9,861 nt of DNA, from positions 14,441-24,301 of the forward strand of contig CAYRPF010000047.1 of the NCBI GenBank assembly GCA_964426185.1, given 5' to 3'. Under the pieces are notes generated by a model, which was not told where the DNA came from, did not search any database, and was given only the letters and a program-made list of their open reading frames with translations. Below, one piece after another: positions 1-7,330 of this stretch; the stretch's first letter is position 1; the number at the start of each line of letters is the position of its first letter. The stretch comes from an uncultured archaeon (GTDB taxonomy: Archaea; Asgardarchaeota; Lokiarchaeia; Sigyniarchaeales; Promethearchaeaceae). The position numbers were made by a program, and so were the translations under genes.

Positions 1-7
1 CTGCGGT

Positions 8-1555
8 TCAAGTCTTTTTTAACTGCATTCCAGTGAGTTCATTTACAACTTGAATAAAGTCTTTTAACTTGTTTGCGGGGATTTTTGCTCCAGCTGCGGG
101 CGGATGACCCCCAGCTGGATCTTCAATGCCTATTTGTTGACATGCCTTTCTCATAACAATTCCTAAATCTAATCCTTTTTCGATAAGATTTTTGTCAGCT
201 CTGGCTGAAACTTTTAAGCTATGAAGATCCGAATCAGCAAATGCAATTAAAGGCTTATCTTCTATATTTCCTGAATGAACCAAAATAGAACAGATTGTTC
301 CAATCATAGTTTCAGAGATAGATTGTTCATATACAGTAAGAATATATTCATACTCTCGAATATTCGCCCGTGCACGATTAACAGCTTGAAATATCTCATG
401 TTTATAATTCTTCGTGGATTCGATAGCTTTTTCTAAAGATTCTTCATCTCCCATAAGAGCAGCAATACCAAGAGACGCATGACCGCTCCGTCCGCATGCA
501 TTTAACAAGCTTGACATTTCTCTTGCATCGGAAATCTCAAATTTTGGATCGATATTATTCAAAAGATAGATGGTTTGAAGTAATTGTTTACTTTTGTCAG
601 AATCTAAGCTACATTCGACTAGAGCGTATGTGATTAAAGCTTTCAACAAGTTTTTTCGCTCTAAATCAGATAGATCAAGAAATGTACGAGGGTTTCCTAA
701 ATCATCAGTCGACCTAATTTGATTTCTCTTTAAAAATTCTTCAGCGTGAGAAAGATCTTCAGATAAATTCGGGAGAAGAATAGGAAGGGTATATGCAACG
801 GCATAAGGAAGATTTTTGGTGCGCGAAATTGCTAAATTATATTCATCCGTAATAGAATTTGTACTTTTGGCGTCTTCCAAAATAATTTGATTAACTCCAT
901 GAAATGTCCCTTTTTCGCCGTTATTCTGCATATCCCCAATAGCACCAATAATGGCTATAAAAGATAAATCAATGTTTATTGGATCAATCGTTTTCGCAAA
1001 AAAATAGCAAACACCTGCTCCAGAAATCTCATCTTCACCAAGAATTTGATAATAATATGGATTAACGTGATTAATCGAAGGAATTTTTGTATCAAATTCC
1101 GGTTTATGATGATCTAGTATTAAATAATCATCATTATCAAAGAATTTCTGAATTTGATCAATTTGCCCCGAGCCAAAATCTGAAAATATTATGAAGCGAT
1201 TAAATTGTTTTTTTTCCTGGGCAATCTCTTGAATGTACTTCAATTCTAATTGTCTTAATATAGAAATTTGATATCCAATATTAAGGCGTTCTAACAAACG
1301 CGCTAAAATCGCAGCACTACATAATCCATCGGCATCTAAATGGCTATAAATGTGAACTCCTTTTTTAAACACTTGTGGGGTAAAATCTTTTTCTGACTTC
1401 TGCTGAAACTCACTAAATTCTTGCAATTCGTCATAATTTGGCAGATATTCTGGATTATCCAATTGCAAAGATTGCTCTTTCATTTTCTGAATGAAAAATT
1501 CTTTTGTTTTTTCAAGGGCGTTTATAAAATCATTAAATGGGATGTTGATCACCAA
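8..1555 (-). CDS. recJ: Archaeal RecJ/GAN (Cdc45-like) DHH-DHHA1 phosphoesterase, putative ssDNA exonuclease
   Basis: All DHH motifs are present: SHLDADG (D74/D76), SDFGS (D126), ILDHH (148-150), HVNP, ISGAGVCY, GAIGDMQ (D208), LLNACGR. The C-terminal DHHA1 domain shows SARA...LDLG...AGGHPPAAGA. An extra region of about 100 aa (res ~240-340) is typical of the archaeal GAN/Cdc45 branch. The start is TTG at 1555 or the adjacent GTG at 1552. Confidence 0.9.
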   Translation of the reverse strand: MVINIPFNDFINALEKTKEFFIQKMKEQSLQLDNPEYLPNYDELQEFSEFQQKSEKDFTPQVFKKGVHIYSHLDADGLCSAAILARLLERLNIGYQISILRQLELKYIQEIAQEKKQFNRFIIFSDFGSGQIDQIQKFFDNDDYLILDHHKPEFDTKIPSINHVNPYYYQILGEDEISGAGVCYFFAKTIDPINIDLSFIAIIGAIGDMQNNGEKGTFHGVNQIILEDAKSTNSITDEYNLAISRTKNLPYAVAYTLPILLPNLSEDLSHAEEFLKRNQIRSTDDLGNPRTFLDLSDLERKNLLKALITYALVECSLDSDKSKQLLQTIYLLNNIDPKFEISDAREMSSLLNACGRSGHASLGIAALMGDEESLEKAIESTKNYKHEIFQAVNRARANIREYEYILTVYEQSISETMIGTICSILVHSGNIEDKPLIAFADSDLHSLKVSARADKNLIEKGLDLGIVMRKACQQIGIEDPAGGHPPAAGAKIPANKLKDFIQVVNELTGMQLKKT

Positions 1556-1625
1556 CTGATGTTACTTATCCATTCACCCAATTCTTTTTAATTAATTCTA
1601 TTAATGATATCGCATCTTGAGGTAT

Positions 1626-1659
1626 AAAAAACCGGAAAAAATTCCAACTTTGGAAAATT
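1626..1659 (-). terminator. Putative terminator downstream of the 156-aa ORF
   Basis: Just after the TAG at 1669, the minus strand reads TTCCA-aagt-TGGAA (1642-1655), then TTTTTT, ccgg and a second T-run. This is a short hairpin plus oligo-T tracts. The last T-run (TTTTATA) could also act as a TATA box for recJ. Confidence 0.45.
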
Positions 1660-1668
1660 CAAGCGATT

Positions 1669-2139
1669 CTAACGACAATAAATATCTATTTGTGCCCATT
1701 CTTCAGGTTGAGAAAAAATGGATTCCACTTTTGATTCTAAATACTCTACTATTTTGTCTGGACCATAGGTTTCACAACTTTTTTTTATACGTAGACCGCT
1801 GGAAATCTCTAAACCCCATAATACTTGATTTAAAAATAAAAAATTAATTTGTTTTCGAGATGATTTATGAGCTCGCACCAAAAACCAGTGTGAAGTCCCG
1901 TTTGAAGTGGTGGTTATATCAATTAAATTTGAACTCTGAACTTTAAAAACATTTTTTCCTTTGTTAATCCGATAACGTTTTGGGTTTTTTTTATTGATAT
2001 CTTCCATTTTTCGAAGCAGAGAGTTTTCACCCATATTTACCCGAATTTGCTTCCCACATATTTGTTCACAACTAATTATTCTAATTTCCTTATTTCTGTT
2101 TAAAAAATAATCATTATATGTTATTTCTAAAAAAGACAT
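1669..2139 (-). CDS. Hypothetical protein, 156 aa, basic, no recognised domain
   Basis: ATG start preceded by a strong Shine-Dalgarno (GAGGGGAGGGG-tact-ATG). The ORF fills the gap between recJ and coaBC on the same strand, has a TATA-like element upstream and a T-tract terminator downstream. Confidence 0.65.
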   Translation of the reverse strand: MSFLEITYNDYFLNRNKEIRIISCEQICGKQIRVNMGENSLLRKMEDINKKNPKRYRINKGKNVFKVQSSNLIDITTTSNGTSHWFLVRAHKSSRKQINFLFLNQVLWGLEISSGLRIKKSCETYGPDKIVEYLESKVESIFSQPEEWAQIDIYCR

Positions 2140-2143
2140 AGTA

Positions 2144-2154
2144 CCCCTCCCCTC
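2144..2154 (-). promoter_or_regulatory. Shine-Dalgarno site of the 156-aa ORF
   Basis: Plus-strand cccctcccctc reads GAGGGGAGGGG on the minus strand, 4 nt upstream of the ATG at 2139. It stands out in AT-rich DNA. Confidence 0.65.
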
Positions 2155-2174
2155 TTATATATATTTTGTCGAAG

Positions 2175-2192
2175 TTTATTATAACTTTTACT
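2175..2192 (-). promoter_or_regulatory. Putative archaeal BRE/TATA promoter of the 156-aa ORF
   Basis: The minus strand reads AGTAAAAG-TTATAATAAA, a purine-rich run followed by a TATA-like box, about 25 nt upstream of the SD. Confidence 0.4.
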
Positions 2193-2225
2193 CTCACCAA
2201 AAGAATAAAAATTGAATGATTCGCT

Positions 2226-2251
2226 AAAAAAGGTGGAATATTCCAAAAAAA
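2226..2251 (-). terminator. Putative oligo-T terminator of coaBC around a 12-bp palindrome
   Basis: About 20 nt after the coaBC stop, the minus strand reads TTTTTTT-GGAATATTCCA-cc-TTTTTT. TGGAATATTCCA (2234-2245) is a perfect palindrome. Confidence 0.45.
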
Positions 2252-2271
2252 TACAGGTGAATTGGTTATTT

Positions 2272-3576
2272 TTACCAGAAATCTTGCTTAATTCTATCCA
2301 AAATTCGGTGGGCTATTTCTAATTTCGAAGTTAATTGCACGTGTTCTACCATTTTGTCAGTATTAATTATATAAACTTCGTTTGTATTCGATTTAAACCC
2401 GCGTCCTTCAGCTTCTGGATGAATGGAATTGGCGATTATAAGATCAATTTTAGAATCTTGCATTCGTTGATAAGCATGATCAATTATTAAATCAAAGTCC
2501 AAACTTGACTCGGCTTTAAATCCGAGAATAATTAAATCTTTTGAAAGATCTCTGGCAATTTGAATCAGTTTTGGTGTTGATTTAAATTCTACAACAAGAT
2601 GGGATATATCCGATGAAATTTTTCCAGATTGATGTTTCTTTGGGGTAAAATCAGATAAAGCGGCCGCTGAAATCAGCACATCGTAAGTTTTGTGCGAAAG
2701 TTCTTCAGTCATTATATTAACGAAATCTTGAGTGGAAATGGGATATTTAACTATTAATTTTGGATGTGAAGGAGGATGAATTGAGGTTGGACCTAACAGT
2801 AAACACACTTCTCCCCCTCTTGAGAGAATAGCTTCTGTTAAAGCAATACCCATGCGCCCTGTTGAAGGGTTAGAGAGAAATCTGACATCATCAATCCATT
2901 CACGAGATGGTCCTGCAGTAATAATGAACTTCTTTTCCAAAAGATCATTACCTTTTTGTTCGAGGAAAGAAGATTTGGAGATATAATCAAAAACTTCTGT
3001 CAACACTTCATCCGCAGTGGCAACTTTAGCTTTATTTTCCTCCATTCGTGGATTTACTATATGGACCCCTAAAGAACGCAGTTTTTCAATATTTTCTTGA
3101 ACTATCTGATTTCGAAACATAGAATCATGCATTGCAGGGACCAAAATTATAGGTGTATTACTTCCTAAGGCAACCATACAAATTGCGGTAACAGGGGTGT
3201 CTGAAATGCCATTTGCTATTTTTCCGATGGAATTAGCGCTGGAAGGATAAACAATTACCATATCAGCAATTCCCTTAGAATTTTCTCTTTCTCCTGCCAT
3301 TGCAACATGCTCAATTTTCCCAGTAATGTCCAAGATAACCGGGTTTCCTGTTGCCCATTCCATCAATTCGGCTTGAATAAAATCGGTTGCTTTTTTTGTC
3401 ATTACTGTAAAAACTTCTGCGCCATGCTTCATTAATTCTCTGGCTAAAGAAGGAGCATTAATCACAGCAACACTCCCAGTTAAACAAAGACAGAAAGACA
3501 TTCCTTTCAATTGAAAACTTGTAATTCCTTGGATATCTTTGGTAGGATGGGAATAATTGTGCATTTGTTTATTCAT
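2272..3576 (-). CDS. coaBC: Bifunctional phosphopantothenoylcysteine decarboxylase / phosphopantothenate-cysteine ligase, archaeal type
   Basis: Flavoprotein half: TGSVA, IEH (H90), PSSANSIGKIANGISD, PAMHDSM. CoaB half: ITAGPSREWIDDVRFLSNPSTGRMG, AAALSDF, KISS, GFKAE, DLIIAN. The N-terminal HPTKDIQG segment and the short PRMEENKAK loop are archaeal-type. An alternative ATG lies at 3564. Confidence 0.95.
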   Translation of the reverse strand: MNKQMHNYSHPTKDIQGITSFQLKGMSFCLCLTGSVAVINAPSLARELMKHGAEVFTVMTKKATDFIQAELMEWATGNPVILDITGKIEHVAMAGERENSKGIADMVIVYPSSANSIGKIANGISDTPVTAICMVALGSNTPIILVPAMHDSMFRNQIVQENIEKLRSLGVHIVNPRMEENKAKVATADEVLTEVFDYISKSSFLEQKGNDLLEKKFIITAGPSREWIDDVRFLSNPSTGRMGIALTEAILSRGGEVCLLLGPTSIHPPSHPKLIVKYPISTQDFVNIMTEELSHKTYDVLISAAALSDFTPKKHQSGKISSDISHLVVEFKSTPKLIQIARDLSKDLIILGFKAESSLDFDLIIDHAYQRMQDSKIDLIIANSIHPEAEGRGFKSNTNEVYIINTDKMVEHVQLTSKLEIAHRILDRIKQDFW

Positions 3577-3830
3577 ATTAATGATTACATGCTACTAGTT
3601 AATTAAATATTTAGAATATATCATCATATGCTATGAAAAATATAATATTTTAAGCAAATTATTAAAGGAATCGTAAAACTTTTTTTTCGCCCTTTAAATG
3701 CAAATCCTTATTAATGGAGGTAGATAGATCGGATTTGAAAAATTAGTGTGAGATTCTCCCCAAAAAACAACGATAAATTAGATATCAATAGGGGAAAAAA
3801 CCTTCGGAAAGAAACGGATCGCAGATAATT
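3577..3830. promoter_or_regulatory. Divergent promoter region between coaBC and the top6B cluster
   Basis: A 254-bp non-coding, very AT-rich gap between head-to-head genes with several TATA-like runs. Individual boxes cannot be assigned with confidence. Confidence 0.55.
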
Positions 3831-6800
3831 ATGGCAAAAAAAACCAATACATCAACAAGTAAAAAACATTCTGAACCTTCAAGAAGAAAAAGCAGAGCGA
3901 AATCTGAAGTAAAAAGTATTTCTGGTGCACCTCAAGAAGTAATTCGCCAAGGATCCGTAGCGGAATTTTTCCGAAAAAGAACACAATTAGTCGGTTTCGA
4001 TTTTGGTTTGAATAAACACACCCAATATTGTATAGAATTTTTAGATAACAGCTTAGATGCCATTGAATCCTTCTACTGGAAAGAATCAAAACGACATCCA
4101 GAATACACATTTAAATTGAAGGATGATTTACTACTCCAGAATTTTTCCTATTTAGCTGGTGGAGTAAGTGAAAAAGATCTTCAAGACTTAGAAGAGCGTC
4201 TTAATTCAGAAAGAGTTGATGATGCAGGATATTCACTCACGGAAGATGGAACTTTAGCAATTCTACCAGAAGAACATAAAGAAGATGAAGAATTAATCAT
4301 AGAAGAAGAACTTCCAAAAACAGATGAATCATCTCCAGAAGATGATGAAGAAGCAAAAAAATTAAGAATGTTACAGAAAAAAGATGAAGAACGGGCGCAA
4401 GAAGTCCAAAATATTTTAGAAGGAATCAAGAACTTCATTTTTCCAATTCAAGTCTTAGTAGAACGGGAACCTTTTGTAATTATTCAACTGACTGAGCGAG
4501 AAGCTCAAGACGTTTTTGCAGATGCATCTCAAACGAAAAAAGAAGTATTGGAATATGATTTTGAAATTTTCGATAATGGAACAGGAATGTCTCCGACAGA
4601 TTTAGAAAAATTTGGAAAGTATCTTGCTTCCAGCAAATCACAGAAACTCCGTCAAACACGGGGATCTCAAGGATTTGGATCACCTAGTGCATTTAGCGAT
4701 GCACAAAATACAACAGGAAAACCAGTTACAGTAGTTAGTAAAGATATCAACCATATTTATGGAATTGCATCTCAATTTTACACGACTTCCAAAAACAATA
4801 AAGAATATGTTGTTACACCAACTGAAATTGATTGTCCATTTGAACATGGAACATATATCCGCTTGCAATACATCAATGTAAAGTATCGGAAAGGATATAT
4901 TGATTCATATATTCAAATGACTGCACTGACCAATCCACATATCACAATAATATTTCTTGATCCGTATGGCGGGGAAACTATCTATCCTAGAAGAGTTTCT
5001 CGATTCCCTCGTGAACCAACTTATGCATTACCTCATCCTTCATCTGTTAATATAGGCGATTTTCAAGATCTTCTACGAACTTCAAATAAACTATCTTTAA
5101 GTGTATTTTTGCAAGATAATTTTGTAAGACTTAGTTCCAGCATGGCAAAAGATATTTTGTTTAATGCTGAATTTGAATTAGAGAAACAATTAAACCTTCT
5201 TAATCTAGATCATGGCGTTATCACTTGGGCTCATAATGAATTAGAAAAAATTTATTTTATTAGAAAAGAAAAAAGAATATTTGGCCGAGCAAAAAAACCA
5301 CGTGAGAAGTGGGTTGTTTACAGCATCGAAAAATCAGAAGATTTGAAGCAATATTGGGATATAATTCTCCCTTTTAACAAAATACTTGATGACATCAAAC
5401 GAAAGAATAAAGAAATCAAAAAGCTAAATAAAAAAATCAGCACTCTTTCAGTCAAAAAAGAGATATCAAGCATAAAAAAAGAAATCTCGACTTTAGAAAA
5501 AGGGATTGCTGCAAATTTAAAAGAAATTAATCGGCAAAAGAAGAAACTTTCGCAAATTGTTAAAATTTTTTCCTTAAACGCTGATTCTGAAGTTTCAGAT
5601 GTTAAAATAACAGATAAATTAGAAGAAAATGTAAAAGAATTACTGATTTCTCAAGCAAGACCGAACTCTTTAACACAAAAACAAACAGAAGCGCTGTTTA
5701 AAGCATTTAAAGCGCAAAAATTTATGAAGCCTCCTTCAGATCCCGCAGTTCCGATCGGTGCAAGTGTTTTAGAAACTACTTTAATAAAAGAATACAATCT
5801 AAACCCAGCTTTTAGGACAGATCTTTTTCATGATATAGAATATATTATAGAACCTTTAACACAAAAGGAATCTCAAAACTTTTCTTACAGGATTTTGTAT
5901 AAATTCCTTCAAGAACCATATCTTAATCCAAACTTTTCTACCAAAGATTTATTACTTGATGATCGTGAACACGAATTAGAAGAATACCGAACACTCTTTC
6001 TAAAATTTGATGCACTTTATAATATTGAGGAAGACTTTATTTATGCGCACACTAGACCACCTACCAGTGGTAAAGGTTTAGCATTTGTTGTAGAAGCAGG
6101 TATTGCACTTAGTCCAAAAATTCCACAAGCAAAAACGGCTCAGCAAGTTCTTCTAAGATATGTAAACCGAACTCCAAAAATGCGGGATAATTCCGATTGT
6201 GCCATTTGGAAAGGATGCCAAATGGTGAATTGGAAAAATTATAAATTGGATACCTTTGATAATGGCATACCTAAAGGATCAATTCGAATTTTAGTCAATG
6301 TTTCTGGACCATATGTTCATTTGATGTTCAAATCTCAATCAAAAAATGCACTAGCAGAAGACGAAATTTTACTCAAAGAAATTAAATATTGCTTAGAAAC
6401 AATTGGTCGGAAAATAAGAAATTATCAAAATCGAAAAATTAGACGGGAAAATCGGAGAAAAAGATCTAAAGTTATTGAAAAATACATCCCAATATTTGTT
6501 TCCTCTTTAGTAAATATCATTAAAAATACCGATCTTGAGCAAGTTCCAGACCAAAAAGAACTTGAAAGTCAAATTTATATGCGCTTAGAAGGAAAATTAG
6601 AAGTTCCTGAAGAAAAACCAGAGTCAAGTGAGAAAGTTACAGAAAATTTTGAAAAAATAAAGGAAAAAATAAATAAACAAAAGAAAGCATTAGAAAAAGA
6701 GAAAGAACCAACAATTACTAAAGAAAAAGCGCCAAATTCTGAATTAAAAAGAGAATCAAGCATTTCAGTAAAACCAAGATCAATTTTAAAAAAGGAAAAC

Positions 6801-7328
6801 ACTTCTCAATCAGATGTGAAGCATATTCCATCTCACGCACCAAAATCTGTTGAAAAAGTAGATGATATTATCCAAAAATGGAAAAAAGGTGCAGAACACC
6901 AGAAATCCGCCAAAAAAATCATAAAAGTGAAAGATTCTGATATCATTAAGAAGAAAACAACCAAAAAGAAAACCACTAAAGTCAGAAAATCTACTCAATC
7001 AAAATTAACTCCAAGAAAGGCGTTTACTTCTAAAATCTCTGCCCCAAAAGTTACAACACAAACAAAATCCTCAGAACCACCTAAAAAATTAACAAAACCA
7101 AGTTCTAAAATTCGAATTATTACAACAGATACTATTTTAAAAACTCTAGAAAATCAGAATTGGGTTAATATCAAGGACTTAATTAAACTTCTTGATATAA
7201 AGGATGTCAAAGATGCTCGCTACTTGCAATTAAAACTCAAGCAACTTACTCGGGAAAAGAAAGTGTTACTCACGATTCAAAGCGGTAGAACCTACTGGAA
7301 ACTGAATAAAGCGGAAGTGAATTTATAA
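3831..7328 (+). CDS. top6B: DNA topoisomerase VI subunit B, greatly enlarged (1165 aa)
   Basis: Motifs in order: SVAEFF...GF strap; GHKL N-box EFLDNSLDA (E69, N73); G1 DNGTG (248-252); GKYLASSK; G2 RQTRGSQGFG; G3 HGT; NPH; PHP; H2TH-like FLQDNFVRLSSSMAKDIL; transducer FVVEAGIA, RYVNRTP, WKNY (WxxY), FKSQSK with the switch lysine K838; long basic stalk helix (res ~845-897). It lies directly upstream of top6A. Confidence 0.95.
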   Translation: MAKKTNTSTSKKHSEPSRRKSRAKSEVKSISGAPQEVIRQGSVAEFFRKRTQLVGFDFGLNKHTQYCIEFLDNSLDAIESFYWKESKRHPEYTFKLKDDLLLQNFSYLAGGVSEKDLQDLEERLNSERVDDAGYSLTEDGTLAILPEEHKEDEELIIEEELPKTDESSPEDDEEAKKLRMLQKKDEERAQEVQNILEGIKNFIFPIQVLVEREPFVIIQLTEREAQDVFADASQTKKEVLEYDFEIFDNGTGMSPTDLEKFGKYLASSKSQKLRQTRGSQGFGSPSAFSDAQNTTGKPVTVVSKDINHIYGIASQFYTTSKNNKEYVVTPTEIDCPFEHGTYIRLQYINVKYRKGYIDSYIQMTALTNPHITIIFLDPYGGETIYPRRVSRFPREPTYALPHPSSVNIGDFQDLLRTSNKLSLSVFLQDNFVRLSSSMAKDILFNAEFELEKQLNLLNLDHGVITWAHNELEKIYFIRKEKRIFGRAKKPREKWVVYSIEKSEDLKQYWDIILPFNKILDDIKRKNKEIKKLNKKISTLSVKKEISSIKKEISTLEKGIAANLKEINRQKKKLSQIVKIFSLNADSEVSDVKITDKLEENVKELLISQARPNSLTQKQTEALFKAFKAQKFMKPPSDPAVPIGASVLETTLIKEYNLNPAFRTDLFHDIEYIIEPLTQKESQNFSYRILYKFLQEPYLNPNFSTKDLLLDDREHELEEYRTLFLKFDALYNIEEDFIYAHTRPPTSGKGLAFVVEAGIALSPKIPQAKTAQQVLLRYVNRTPKMRDNSDCAIWKGCQMVNWKNYKLDTFDNGIPKGSIRILVNVSGPYVHLMFKSQSKNALAEDEILLKEIKYCLETIGRKIRNYQNRKIRRENRRKRSKVIEKYIPIFVSSLVNIIKNTDLEQVPDQKELESQIYMRLEGKLEVPEEKPESSEKVTENFEKIKEKINKQKKALEKEKEPTITKEKAPNSELKRESSISVKPRSILKKENTSQSDVKHIPSHAPKSVEKVDDIIQKWKKGAEHQKSAKKIIKVKDSDIIKKKTTKKKTTKVRKSTQSKLTPRKAFTSKISAPKVTTQTKSSEPPKKLTKPSSKIRIITTDTILKTLENQNWVNIKDLIKLLDIKDVKDARYLQLKLKQLTREKKVLLTIQSGRTYWKLNKAEVNL

Positions 7329-7330
7329 AC

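Noticed and set aside
1562-1573. In-frame mini-ORF ATG GAT AAG TAA just upstream of the recJ start, suggesting a uORF or read-through
   Set aside because: Only three codons, the GGTGA lies directly against the ATG (too close for an SD), and it is easily explained by chance.
1617-1847. 76-aa plus-strand ORF
   Set aside because: It is antisense to the SD-supported 156-aa ORF, starts with TTG and has no recognisable features.
3025-3051. CoaC half lacks the bacterial/eukaryotic G-x-LACG catalytic cysteine loop (has PRMEENKAK) and has PAMH instead of PAMN
   Set aside because: This is the known archaeal form of CoaBC, so it is neither a pseudogene nor novel.
3604-3651. AT-only palindromes (TAAATATTTA 3604-3613; AAAATAT-A-ATATTTT 3637-3651) as operators or a replication origin
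   Set aside because: Expected by chance in very AT-rich DNA; no repeated ORB-like boxes and no cdc6/orc1 gene in the window.
4068-6032. Top6B insertions as inteins or introns
   Set aside because: No C-terminal His-Asn followed by Cys/Ser/Thr at the insert boundaries, no LAGLIDADG motifs, and the reading frame is continuous. The only HN in the inserts (WAHNE) is internal and followed by Glu.
3829-6998. Minus-strand ORFs 3829-4110, 4181-4438, 4480-4683, 4680-4868, 6575-6802 and 6810-6998
   Set aside because: Shadow ORFs antisense to top6B. Their Phe/Ser/Leu-rich composition simply mirrors Lys/Glu codons on the coding strand.
6996-7025. QSKLTPRKAF as a PCNA-interacting PIP box
   Set aside because: It has QxxL but lacks aromatic residues at positions 7-8, and such matches arise easily in low-complexity sequence.
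7116-7310. Calling the C-terminal domain a true Z-alpha (Z-DNA-binding) domain
   Set aside because: The terminal Trp fits, but the recognition-helix Asn/Tyr pair (NxxLY) and the wing prolines are missing. Only a generic wHTH call is supportable.
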